From: Bugula neritina
Taxonomy: Eukaryota; Animalia; Bryozoa
Direction of reading: 5' to 3'
Length of the DNA: 64,000 bases
NCBI GenBank assembly: GCA_964035545.1
Contig: OZ037770.1
Span: 10,236,973 to 10,300,972, forward strand
Shown: piece by piece, positions 11,425 through 35,583 of the stretch
Position numbering within the stretch: the stretch's first letter is position 1
Layout of the letters: every line of letters begins with the position of its first letter
The notes under the pieces: model-generated
Seen by the model: only the letters and a program-made list of their open reading frames with translations
The model's database searches: none
What the model was told of the DNA's origin: nothing
Program-made: the position numbers and the translations under genes

Positions 11425-14400
11425 CAATAAATATAAGTGCTCTATTACACTATATGAGCATTATTTCTGCAGTATTTAATTATTATTTTCGAATTTCTTG
11501 TTTATTTGTTCAGTTGCCTGAAATATTTTAAACCTTGATTATTTTGTTGTACATATGTAAGAACACGTAGGTTATTTATTTTTGTGGAAGATCTTGTATG
11601 CCCTACTATGTGCCACGTAGCACTTTGTAAGCCATGGATTAGCAAATAGTATGTCTTGTAATATTGCAACTAGATATCTTTTCTTCTGACTGAAGTTTAT
11701 ATTTTTCTAGTAAATTAGTATTTATGTGTTTTAATACGAAGCACGTCTCAATTAGTTTGATGGAAGTTGCTGATCGCCTCATTTTACCTCATTAGACAAC
11801 AAATACTTGTCACATTTGCTCACGTTCTTAATAATACAATAAAATAGTTTTCGTGTTGTACTCGATGTTAGTGTATGACTATTATTTAAATATAAATTAT
11901 TTTTTGTGCACCTTCTTTATTTCAGTGACAACTCAATATATGCATTTAATTGTTTCAATAAATTCTATAAAGTTGCATCGCGTATATGTTTAGATGTTGA
12001 TTTCATGTTGATATTTTTTAACTGGAATTGATGGAGTTTGTTGGAGTGAAATATAATTTTAAACTATTTGAGTAATCAATTTTTGTTTGGCGTAGCCGAT
12101 CTTTTGATTAAAACAAAAACTGCAAGGTTATTGTAACTATAGAAGCCAATTTATTAGCATCAGCATTATCAAAGACATACTGCAGTTCTTTTTGTATTTT
12201 CAGCACTTCAATTTGACAGCTATATTAATACAATGGTCTAGACTCTAGATCCTAGGAAGTAGGAACTATCATGTTTTTGCCTTCAGATTGCATGCATAGA
12301 GGACCTTTAAGGGATGATGTTATTATGGCCTTTTATAGCCTATCATATTATTCAACAATCAGAATAATTTAATATTTCCAGTTATTTGTATAAATACGTA
12401 GAATTATAATAACAGCTGTGATCTTCTCTAGCTGGAGAAACTTGAATGTACATAAGCACATAATATTTATGGTGAAAAGGTATAATCTTTGCCATAACAT
12501 TATAAAAAACTTTCAGCTAGATTTTTTGATAAGCCAACAGTATAAAATTTGATCTCTTCATAAATAGGTTTATTTTCAAGTTTGTCACATGACACATTAC
12601 TATAATATAGTCTATAGGTATAATATAATATATAAGTATAAGAGAATGTTTTTCACAGAAGCACCAGAATTAAAGTTGTCTATGCATTTCTTACAGTACA
12701 AACTGCACCCGGTTTTACAGGGTGAAAAACAGAAGACAACTTCTATCAACGACGTTGAAGAGAAATTAATAGTCAACACGCACCTGTAAACCCAAATATA
12801 CAAGATGCCAATTAGTATCGCTTTGCACTACAAACATTATCTTAAAATCATAGTGAATATTTTAAGTACGCCTTGAGTGTTGTTGTTGTTTCATCCACAA
12901 CAGTTTAGTGGTATAAATGCTCCTGAAGTATTTTATTATGAGTCAAAGCCAAGAACCATCGCTATGCTACAGCTGCTTAAAACTTCCTGTCAACCTTGAT
13001 ACTTACGTATAGATGCTCTTACATAACCTGACTAGCAGCTTTGTCTACCATTATAAACTCATATTTTTATTAGTGGTTTGTCATTCATTTTTATGTAGAG
13101 TGTCATTTGCTTATTATTACCACATGACCAGCTGTCATTGTATTTACTCATCCTTGTTTCACTTGTTAGTCAGTTGCCTATCAATACAGTCATATACTAC
13201 GCAAACTACTTCAAATCCATGTACTCTTTTGTCGACTGGTAGTTGAAGCATAGCCTATTTTACCATAATGTGATTCCCAACTATAATGTGTGATGTAAGC
13301 TACAATTTGTATTGAATGTACGGATAATTTATGTAATGATGGCAACTAGGCACCCCATTGGGTCAATTAATGGTGCGGAATTTGCTACGCTTGATTGACC
13401 TGCACTGTTTGCAGTGAGTGTCCAAGGTTTAGAGTTCACTCTGGTGAATGCGCTATTCATAGCAGATTTTTATCAGTTTATAAGTTTAGCAAGTGGTAAT
13501 AATAGAAACTGCTCACGTACTATTAAGGTAAGGATTGCACCATACACTGCAGAGTCAATACTAACTACAGTCATAGTTTAGTCAACATGACATATGTCAC
13601 ACCATGCATTGGTATTTGTTACTGGTAGATTACTCTACATTCTGGTTTAGTCACATTTATTTGTTACTGTCAAACAAGTTGTTGGTATCAGATCTGTTTA
13701 GCTCTGTATAACCAAATGAATATGTGTCTAGTAATTAATCAGCGGAAAATAACATTATTCTGATCTGTTTAATTTGTTTAATACAATAATTATGTTTCTA
13801 GAGTGCTTAACTAGCAACTCAATGGAATGAGTCATGTAGTTTAGAGCCTTTTATCTTTGTAAGTCAACTAAGTGTCTCAGACTGGTAAGGTGTATGTATT
13901 TAGGACTTTTCACAAAACTAAGTATGGCTTCAGAAGTGGCTTTGCACATTCCCTGTAGAAATGCCATATATGGTAAACAGTTCAAAGATTGGGGAACCTT
14001 ATTATTGTTACAACCATCACCTGGTACAGTTAGGTACAGAAATGGAGATTTTTGACACAAAATTCCTCAGTAAATAGCATTTTGTTGAAAACTCTTAGCT
14101 TGTGTTAGATGAGCCCTACCGACATCCTGGGAAATGTAGAAAGCTATGGATACAACTGTTTATAAACAAGGGCTGACTAGTGTTTCATATTTGTTGAAAG
14201 TATTTGTTATAGTGTTAGACTTTTAGATTTCAATGATTTTGCACACCAACAATTTCAGGAGTTGTTGAAAGTGTTGGGCAGAGCTTTTTCTTATTATTTT
14301 GTAGATTTGTTAGAGTGTTAGAATTTACTAGATTTGGGAATGCTTGACAATAAAACATTGTTTATATATGTATCTGAACAACTCACCATTTCGAGTTGTA

Positions 14401-14461
14401 AAACAGAAAGATATATTTGATATTGCATGTATATTTAGTGTAGAAGAAATCAGCTTGAAAT
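11425..14461 (+). repeat. P450 intergenic unit (3' UTR + spacer + promoter), homologous to 19898-22381 and, more distantly, 27726-30645
   Basis: Long collinear matches in all three spacers, e.g. TTTATTTTCAAGTTTGTCACATGACACA and GTATCAGATCTGTTTA. Array period is about 8 kb. Confidence 0.9.
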
Positions 14462-17400
14462 ATGGGTGCGGTTATCACCACTCTGTCACCACAAGATCTG
14501 CCTACACTGGGACTGGTTATAGTGACTCTGATACTGACATACTACATCTATACTAGAAGTAATGATAAACAGATCTACCCTGATGGTCCTCCCACTATTC
14601 CTATACTCGGAAATATTCCTCAGCTTCTCATGTCAACAGATATGAGTATGATTCACTTTTTGGAAGATAACCGTAGAAAGTATGGAAATGTAAGTTTATT
14701 CTCGAGTTATACAGACAATGTTATAGAGACAATGTTAATGTTAAGTATGGAAATGTAAGTTAATTGATAAAATTGAGCCCATAATACATTATTTTTACTT
14801 CCAAAACCTTTTTTTCTTAGGGCTATCAGGTGTGTTTATAGCATCATCGTTTTCAGTGATAAATTCAGTTTGATTTAAATTTAGTTGAAGATACAAAATT
14901 TTCATCAAAATATATATAAAGGTCTTTTTAATCTTGTTAGACAACTGCAAGGATTTTATACTTTCAATTTTAAGATATATTTTTGAATTTTTATTTAAAA
15001 TCTATAATTTTTCTGTATTATTTCTCGGTATAAATTTAACACAGTTGTGGGGTAGTATTTTAAATAGGTAGCAATTTGGAAGAAAGCTGACAATGCTTTT
15101 TCAAACTCTGCCACCCTTTTCCCTAGGCATACACTATTGAGTTGGGAGGAATTAAGAGGGTTGTTGTATCGGGATATACCGTCATTCAAGAACTTTTAGT
15201 GAAAAATGCTCACCTCTCAAGTAATCGTACGACCTTGGCGATGCCGGCTAATGACACTGAACTAGCCAAAACTACTCCAGGTAAATGTGTTGTTGGATTT
15301 CCATAGTCTGCTACAATGGTCTGATAATGAAATTAGGTCTATAGTATTCATTGTAGACTTCAGACTGTTATTACAATTATTAAATCTTGGTTATAAATAG
15401 TAATTGCATGTATTTGCTGTTACTTGTTACTTTTTGAATATACTTTAAATACTCATTTAGCTGATTTCATGCCATAGTATTAAAGAAGGTGGTTCAATGA
15501 ATATATGATCAGTAATAATGTATTTGTATAGCCTGGTAACTTTATTAAAATAAATAAGCAGAGAAATAAGTTCCAATTACTACTTTACTGTTATAAATAA
15601 ATGAAATGAAATTATATTTTAGATACCATAATGTTCATTTTGAAGATGGATACAGTGGTATCTGAAATATTGGTTTCCTACATTTATTTATATAAACAAA
15701 ATAGTATTTACAATATCTCTTGTTTATTTACTTTTAATAAAGCTAACAGTAACATATGGTTAATATAAACAGTGATTTCATGTACATATCAAGTAGGTAT
15801 ACAGTGTGGTTGATATATTTAAAATGTTGTTCCATAGGCTTGTTTTGGGCAAAATATCCACACTGGAAAACATTGAGATCTTTTGCCCTGAACACTCTGC
15901 GAGAAGAAGGAATGGGTAAATCAAGTCTGGAGCCACAGATAATGCATGAAATACATGCATACATTGACCACTTCATTGCACCTCACATCGGCCAACCAAT
16001 AAACTTATCTGACAGCATTATGATGGCGACAGCTAATGTGATGAGCTCCATGATACATGGTCACAGGAAAGACTATACAGATGCCACTTTCTTACTCTGG
16101 ATGAAACATTTTGACTCGTCTTTGAAGGGAGTGGTCAAAGCTTCTGTTGTGAGAAACATTCCTTTTGCCCAATATCTCCCTGGTGATGCTTCTGGTTAGT
16201 TGATCTTAAATTTTTAATAACTGGACATTAGAAGTGCGAGTGTATCAATCATTGTTGGAAATCAAATTACAAGAGGCATATTGCAATGTTTAATAAAAGT
16301 GACAACAAGTTTTAAGCTCAATTTCTTGATTCAGTTGTGTGTTTCGTGAGGCCAAATGCAAGATTTGAATGCGTTATGTTGGATTAAAAGTTAGATAATT
16401 AAAAGTTAAAAGTTTAAAAGCAGCCGTGGTCTAAGGGTTACAGCATTTGCTTATTAAGCAAGAAGTCATGCATGGGTTCAAACCTCGACAAAAGCCATTG
16501 TTGATGTTAGGAAACGCATAGCCTATAGTCATAACTGCTCCCGTGCTCCATCTGAATAAGTCCTTAGCCAATATAACAAAAAACCCATCCATTAGAGATT
16601 TTCTCACAGTGATGGCAACTATAAACTTAGTAAGTTTTATGTTGGATTAAAAGTCATTTGCTCTTGCCTTTTTCCCTTCTTATAGTGTAAAATATACCTC
16701 ACACTCTACAACACATTATGTTGTTGAGAAAAAGCATGTCTGAAGTTTTTTGTTGGTAGAAGTCAACTCCTATCTGTAGAAAAACACCATTCCAAGGTTT
16801 GTCTGTTTTGTAATTTAAATTTACTTCATGGTTTCTTGTAACAGGAGTTAAGGCAAATAAAGAAGCCGGCAGAGTTTTGATTCCAGAAGCCATGAAAGAA
16901 GTTGATGCTTGTAAAGACTCACTGGATCCAAACAACCTGACAAGTTATGTAGACAAGTTTGTGCACCATGCTCAGAAGGAGCGCACAGCTGGGCGGAGTA
17001 ATAACACATTTACAGGTTTGCCAGCTTTGTTTACATGCAGTATGAATTAGAAAAGGCTTTTACAACTCTCATTCAGTATTTGAATAAACTTGACAACTTG
17101 AAAGAGGTAAGCTAATGAAATTTATAAATTTCGAAAACTTAATCATAACTAAATATATTTTAGTACGAATATATTCGGACTGAAATATGTTTTCAACTCA
17201 ACAAAAATTATTCATTTTCATTAATAAATCTGTTTTTAAAAAGTGCTGCAAACCAATATTAATAGAACGCACAAAGCAATTTGACAAAACTGTGAATCAT
17301 TTAAGATAGTTGAAATTTTCAATTAAAACAAATAGTTTACCACTCTCCAATAATGTTTATTGTAGGTTTGTTTTAGTTTAGTGCTTTGCTTCTGACCTTT

Positions 17401-19255
17401 AAAAGCTAAAATTGTATAGAGCCTTTAAACCTTCTTTTGAGGGTTTTGGTGTGTATAGCTATGAGAAGGAAAAGTTTATACAACACTCTGTGTCTATAGA
17501 TGGTAATGCAGCCATGACCATGATGCATCTGTACGGAGCTGGTACTGAGAGTACATCTACTGCATTGAGATGGGCCATACTCTATATGTGTGCTTATCCA
17601 GAGATGCAGGTCAAAGTTCATGAGGAAATCGACAGCGTCCTAGGTAAGCATTGTCCTGATGTAATTGCCATTGCTATTTTAGTTTTATCTGTGTGTATCT
17701 ATTTTATATTCAAGAGTTTTAAGAAAAGCTCTAATACACAATCTGCAGTAATTGCTCTCTATGCTCATTTCTCTCTTATCCAATGCATTACATTTCTATA
17801 GTATAGTGCAATTCACTAACAACTCTCACACAAATTTGTAGAGTTTTAATTGGCATAGCTATTTTTAGCAAGAATTCAATGAACTTATTTATAGATTAAA
17901 ATCAGCTTTAAACTTTTTCTGTTAGAATAAATTAATTTTCACTCTGGTCCAAATACATAGCCTTTTTCATTTAAAGGAGCAAATGAGGTTAGGTACGCAG
18001 ACCGATCTGCCCTCCCTTACACAGAGGCTGTGATTCTAGAGGTACTGAGGCTAGGAGATATTGCACCAACTGGATTACCTCACACTCTTGAGGCAGAATA
18101 TGTCATTGATGGCAAGGTAGTTTGTAGTAGTTCGTAGTAGTTCACAGTAGTTCATAGTAGCTCGCTCATAGTAGTTCATAGTAGTTCATAGTAGTTCATA
18201 GTAGTTCATAGTAGTTCATAGTAGCTCATAGTAGCTCATAGTAGCTCATAGTAGCTCATAGTAGCTCATAGTAGCTCATAGTAGTTCATAGTAGCTCATA
18301 GTAGTTCATAGTAGTTCATAGTAGTTCATAGTAGTTCATAGTAGTTCATAGTAGCTCATAGTAGCTCATAGTAGTTCATAGTAGTTCATAGTAGTTTGTA
18401 TAGAGATAGAGATAGTGCTAAGCACTAAGTTGCTAGGTATATACTAAAGCCGTTTCATGCAGTCTTAATAATATTTTCAAGTTTCTGGTTTATTCAATTT
18501 TCAAAAGAGAATAGTTCCTAGCTTCCAGAAAACTGAAAACTTATAGTTGATAAATATATTGTGTTAGACTGCATATTAAAACTATGTACATTAGTTCATA
18601 AAATATATAATATTATTGTGTTAGAGTGTATAGTTAACTGATACTTTGTGAAAACTAATCAACTAAAACATTAGAAATAAAGATAATCAGAACTAATGAA
18701 GTTGCTTTTGCAGCACTAAAGTCTTACGTAATGCTTATTGATTTGAGTCTTTCTGAATTAATAACAATCATGCAATATGAAGGGGAATGACCCTTTACTG
18801 CTACTAGCAGAGAGTGTGTGTGCTGAGAGATAGGTCAGTGTTTTCCAATAATCACTTTTGTATTGCGAGATAAAATTTTCTTACTGGTCTATATAAGTTT
18901 TACTGAAAACTGAGTCTAAATACTGAATCACAAAGCTATCACTTGACTGATTGAAGTAGCCAGTGTTTTGTTAGAATCTAGTCTACAAGTGAGAGTTGCC
19001 TGTTCTTTTGCAGACGTTACCAGCTGGTTGTGAACTCATGATAAACATGGCCTCTATACTGTGGGATGAGAAAGTCTTTGAAGAACCTGAGAAGTTTAAA
19101 CCTGAGAGATACTTGAGTGGAGATGTGACTCTGAAGAGATCCAGGACACTTGCCTTTGGGATTGGTTAGTATTGTGCTATATAGATGTGTACTAGCAAAT
19201 TCAGTCTATCAACTGTGTTGTATACTATGTATGTGTGTTGTATACTATGAATGTG

Positions 19256-19351
<96 letters not shown>

Positions 19352-19897
19352 TGTGTGTATGTGTGTTTTATTTTATCATAATATAGTATTTTACAACTAG
19401 CATAAGTTACAAGAGCAGACAAACAATTAGAAAAGAAGCATAGTAACAAATAACAGTATATAAAAATAAAGCTGTCGGAAGTAGGTTATCAATAATACTG
19501 CATAATATGTATATTTTTTACAAATTAATGAATATTTATATATTTGCTGAAACATTTTTGTAGCAACTGTAATTGACTGTGTAATAATTAATAATTTAAG
19601 TTGTCAAAGTAAACTCACTATTATATCTTCATCGATACTTGACGTTTTGTCTAATATTTCGTCTTTTTCTAGCCATATTGACTCTGTAATCCCTTGCTGG
19701 TGCTTTTTCTGTAACCTACAGGGAGAAGGGCGTGTCTAGGAGAAGGTTTAGCAAGGATGGAACTCAGTCTATTTTTCACTACAATCATGCAGAAGTTTAA
19801 AGTCGGTTTACCAGCTGGCCATGTGCCAAATCTAAATGGCGTCTGCTCCATTGTGAATGCACCTTCGGATTATCAAGTCATCTTCACTGAAAGATGA
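14462..19897 (+). CDS. Cytochrome P450, CYP2 clan, copy B; 8 exons (14462-14689, 15127-15280, 15838-16194, 16845-17015, 17500-17643, 17977-18116, 19014-19164, 19722-19897), 506 aa
   Basis: Same exon sizes and phases as copy A. All P450 motifs present; the I-helix reads AGTEST. Confidence 0.94.
16419..16636 (+). mobile_element. tRNA-derived SINE copy (P450 copy B intron 3; absent from copy A)
   Basis: GCAGCCGTGGTCTAAGGGTTA head, GGTTCAAACC B box and family tail. TTATGTTGGATTAAAAGT is repeated on both sides. Confidence 0.85.
18117..18400. repeat. 10-bp minisatellite (GTAGYTCATA)n, ~28 units, starting at the intron 6 donor of P450 B
   Basis: Direct reading. The homologous site in copy A (10117-10166) has about 5 units. 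Confidence 0.95.
19253..19365. repeat. (GT)n(GCGT)n(GT)n compound microsatellite
   Basis: Direct reading. Absent from the homologous intron of copy A. Confidence 0.95.
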
Positions 19898-22381
19898 CAC
19901 TGAATATAAGAGCTCTATTAAACTACATATGCACTATCTCTGTATTTAACTATTATTTTCGAATTTTTTGTTTGTTTGTTCAGTTGTCTGAAATATTTTA
20001 AACCTTAATTATTTTGTTGTATATTATATGTAATAACACTTAGGTTATTTATTTTTGTAACATATCTTGTATGCCCTGTTATGACGCCACATGGCACTTC
20101 TGTAAGCCATGGATTAGCAAATAGTATGTTTTGTAATATTGCAACTACATATCTTTTCTTCTGACTGAAGTTTATATTTTCCTGGTAAATTATTATTTAT
20201 GTGTTTTAATACGAAGCATGTTTCAATCAGTTTGATAGAAGTTGCTGATCACCTCATTTTACCTCATTAGACAACAAATACTTGTCACATTTGCTCACGT
20301 TCTAAATAATACAATAAAATAGTTTTCGTGTTGTACTTGATGTTAGTGTATGACTATTATTTAAATATAAATTATTTTTTGTGCACCTTCTTTATTTCAG
20401 TGATAACTCAATATATGCATTTTAATTGTTTCAATAAGTTCTATGAAATCTCATTGTTTAGATGTTGATTTCATATGTTGGTATTTTTAACTGTGGTTGA
20501 TTGAGTTCGTTGAAGTGAAAAATAATTTAAAATTAAATCAAGCAATTATTATTTTATCGCAAGGTCATTGTAAAGTTCTACAGTTCTATAGAAACCAATT
20601 TAATAGCAGCAGCATTATCAAAGAGATACTGCAGTTCCTTTTGTATTGTCAACACTTCAATTTGACAGCCGTTAATACAATGGTCTAGAATCTAGATCCT
20701 AGGAAGTAGGAACTATCATGTTTTTGCCTTCAGATTGCATGCATAGAGAACCTTTAAGGGATGATGTTATTATAGCCTTTTATAACCTATCAAATCATTC
20801 AATAAGAAAATTTAATTTATCCAGTTACACACATCAATTGAATTTTAATTATAATTGAACCTGAATGTATATTATAAGAACCTTATATAATAGTTATGGT
20901 GAAAAAGTATAATCTTTGCCATAGCATTTTAAAAAGCTTTTAGCTGTATTTTTTAATAGGCCAATAGTTTAAGAGTTGATCTCTTCAAAAAGAAGTTTAT
21001 TTTCAAGTTTGTCACATGACACAATACTATATAGCCTATAGGTATAATATAATATATAAGTATAAGAGAATGCATTCCAAAGTTAGAGTTGTCTATGCAT
21101 TTCTTGCAGTGCATGATGGCAAACTGCACCCGTTTTTACACAGAGTGAAAAAAGAAGACAACTTCCATTAAGCACTTTGAAGAGAAATTAATAGTCAACA
21201 TATGCACCTTTAACCCCAAATACCTAAAAAGCCATTTGGTATCACTTCGAGCTGCAAACATTATTTTGAAACCATAGTGAATATTTTAAGTACGCCTTGG
21301 GCTTTGTTGTTGTTACATCCACAACAGTTAATTGGTATGAATGTTCCTGAAGTATTCTTAATAGAATATAATTTATATCAAGAATCAAAGCCAAAAACAT
21401 TGCTATATTACAACATTCCCATCAACTCATATACTCTATTGTTGACTAGTAGCTGAAGCATAACCTATTTTACTGTAATATGATTCCAAACTATAATGTG
21501 TGATGTAAGCTGCAATTTGTATTGAATGTACGGATAATTTATGTAATGATGGCAACAAGGCACCCCATCGGGTCAATTAATGGTGCGGAATTTGCTACGC
21601 TTGACTGACTTGCAGTCTTGCACTGTTTGCAGTGATTGTCCAAAGTTCAAAGTTCACTCGGGTGAATGTACTGCTCATAGCATTATTTTAAAAACGGAAG
21701 TTTGGCAAGTAGTAATACTACAGAGTGCTCAAGTACTATTAAGGTAAGGATTGCACCATACACTGCAGAGTCAATACTAACTATAATTATAGTTTAGTCA
21801 ACATGACATATGTCACACCATGCATTGGCAATTGTTACTGGTAGATTACTCTACATTCTGGTTTAGTCACATTCATTTGTTACTGTCTAACAAGGTGTTG
21901 GTATCAGATCTGTTTATAGCTCTGTATAATCAAATGAACATGTGTCTAGTAATTAATCAGCGGAAAATAATATTATTCTGATATGTTTGTTTGGTTTAAC
22001 ACAATATGTTTCAGGTGTGCTTAACTTATGAACTTATGCTTTGGTTAACTAGCAACTCAACAGAATAAGTCTTGCAGTTTAAAGTTAGCTCTCATTTTGA
22101 AAACTTTGTAAGTTAGCTAAGTGAGTGGTAAGGTGTAACTGTATGTCTATAAGGCTTTTCACACAACTAAGTATGGCTCCAGAAAGGGCTTCGCACATTT
22201 CCTGTAGAAATACCATATACGGTAAAAAGTTCAGAGATTGTGGTTGTTATTGTTATTGGTAATGCTTGACAATAAAACTTTGTTTATATATGTATTTAAG
22301 CAACTCCATTTTGAGTCGTAAAATAGAAAAAGATATTTGCCTGTGCAGTTACATTTAGTGTAGAGGAAAGCGAGTGGAAAT

Positions 22382-27725
<5,344 letters not shown>

Positions 27726-30645
27726 CAATAAATATAAGTGCTCTATTAACATATATGGGATATATGTCTGTATTTTTGTATTATACTTGTATTTCCTGTT
27801 TGTTTACTTGTGTATTTGAAATATTTGAAAATGTAGTTACCTATTTTATTTTATTTATGTAAAAACTTGTAACCCATTTATTTTTTTAAGAAATATTGCA
27901 TACCCAGTTATGTGCCATGTAACACTTTAGTTTACCATACCTCAGCAAATAAAATGTATTTTAACATTGCAACTAGTTGATATCTTTTTTCTGACTACAA
28001 TTTATATTTTCCTAGAAAATTAATATATATGTGTTTTAATAGACATGTTTATATTAGCTCAATAGAAGTTGCTGGTTACATCTGTAAGATTAACACAACA
28101 TAACAAGTTCATGCTAGAATCACAAGTCTGCAGCTGTTCACATGTGCATTCAGTTCACAGCCATCACAAAGCTATTATATCCCCCCCCCCCCCCTACCAA
28201 ACACTATGATCACATAACTCAAATCACAACATAGCCATAATCCTACAACATCTTTGCGCATCAATAGATAACAAATACTTTCTTGCCACCTTTGCTCAAA
28301 CTCTTAATAGTTTTCAATTAGTTTTCATGTTGGTACTTTATGTTAGCATATATACATGTAACTAAATTGTTTAAATATAAACTATTTCTAATGAATTTTC
28401 TTTAATCCAGTGCTAACTCAATATGCATCATAATTGTTTTAATAAATTCTGTTAAATTTTATTACACATTTGGTGTTTATTTCCTGTTTATCTTTTAGCT
28501 GTAGTTGATGCAGTTCGTTAGAGTAAAGTATAACAGAAAACTAAATCAATCAATTACTTTATTGCGCTATTTTTGTTGTGGGTAGTCAATCTTTTAATAA
28601 ATTGGAACCAATTTAATTATCAAAGGCCATATAATTAATCCTGTTGTATTGTTAACACCTCATTTTGACAGTCAGTGCTCCAATGGCTGATCAGAAATTG
28701 CTATGTTTTCTGGCTTCAGATTGGATATGTAATCTAATGATAATGTTGTGATGATTTTTCTAGCCTATCCTGCCAACTAATATAAACAAGTTTAATTTAT
28801 CCAGTTACACACATCAACTGAATTATAACAGCTGTGATCTTCCCCAGCTGGAGAAACCTGAATTTACATAAGCACAAATTTACTTATGGTGAAAAGTATA
28901 ATCTTTGCCATAACAATGTAAAAAACTTTCAGCTGGATTTTTTAATAGGCCAACAGCAAATACTTGATCTCTTCAAACATAAGTTTATTTTCAAGTTTGT
29001 CACATGACACAATACTATAAAAGCATATGAGTAAATAACTTACATGGAAGTATAGCAAAGTTAGAAATGTGTATGTACTTCTCACAGAGTATGATGGCAA
29101 ACTGCACAGGTTTCAGCTCAGAGTGAGAAGTAGAAGATAACTTCCATAAAGCTTTTTGAAGAAAGTGATAATGTAGGAGTTTTCCCATTGTATATCGAAC
29201 AGGCAATTCCAATCGTTTCTCTCTAGCATTCCAAGTATACTAGGGGGGCGCACATCTAGCCTAGTACGGGGCCTACATTGCATTAGCTCTAAATAACTCG
29301 TAATTAGTGAATGCGTAAATTCACAACAATATTTAACATGCACATGTAAACTCAAATATCTAGAATGCCAATTGCTATTGTTTTGTGCTACAAACATTAT
29401 GTAATTGAAAACTAGTGAAATTTTTGTGTCATCAGTTTTGCCATAATTTCATTCAAAGCAGTTTGGTGATAAATTAATTTTCCGAAAATATTTTACAAAA
29501 AGTCTTGCCAAGAAAGATTGTTATGTTACAGCTGTGTAAAAGTTTCTATGAACTCGGAACTGATATTCTATCGTCAACTGGTTGTAGCCGAATAAGCATA
29601 ACTTATTTTGCTAATAAAACTTTTAACTATTATGTATATATTATTATTGTGAAAGCTATTATGTGTTATTGAAGCTACAATTTGTAAAGAATGTATGAAT
29701 AATTTATGTGCAATGATAATGGTAACAAGGCACCTCATTGTAATTAGGCAATTGTCATTTAGTAGTGCGGAATTTAATACCCTTGCATGACTGCACTGTT
29801 TGCATTCAGTGAGCAGACTTTTAATAAACCAAAGCTTGACAAGTGGTAATCCTACAGGCTGCCTCATAGTGACTATTGAGGTAAGCATTGCAGGATATAC
29901 TCTAGACTCTTATAAATTCAGTACTAACTACAGTTGGATTTACAGTTGTCACACCTTGCAATGGTAATTGTTGCTACATGGTGACGGCTGTCGAATTCTG
30001 GTTCAGTCACATTAGACGTACTAGCAAATGCTTTGTATCAGATCTGTTTAGCTCAGTAATCAAATGAACTGATGTTTAGTAATTAATAAGCAGAAAATAT
30101 TCTGGGTTATTTGTTTGGCTCAACACAGTCTGTTTCAGGTGTGCTTTATAACTAATGATCGAACTCAAACTTCTGAAATGCTTCTGCTTCATATCATAAA
30201 ATTTTTCCAATTCTAGTAGTAGACATTATGTATTTATAATTACCGTACAGCTAGCGATTTAGTTTTGGGAGTTGTTTGCTCTGCTCAGATCTGGAGCTTG
30301 AAAATGTAATTAGTCATTCAGCCCTGAGTTTGCTCACATTATGAGAATTGTGCCTTTTATGTTTGCAAACTATCGAGGTGCTTGGCAACTGGTAAAGTGT
30401 ATGCAGGGATTTTTACAAAATTTGGTATGGTTCAAGAAGCACATTTGCTGTATAGAAATACTTTACAGGGCGAACAGTTCAAAAATGGTAATTATTAATT
30501 GTCATCCTCAATTGGGAATGTTTGGTACTATTAGCAATAAGATATTGTTTATACCATATAGCTGGCAATTTCGCATTTCGATGCATTAACAAAAATATGG
30601 TTTTCTCTGCAGAAACATCTAGTGTAGAGGAAAGCAGGTGGAAAT

Positions 30646-35583
<4,938 letters not shown>

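Noticed and set aside
29190-29370. GC-richer insert in the C-D spacer, possible Helitron end
   Set aside because: It contains CTAG motifs, but I could not establish a convincing subterminal hairpin or boundaries.
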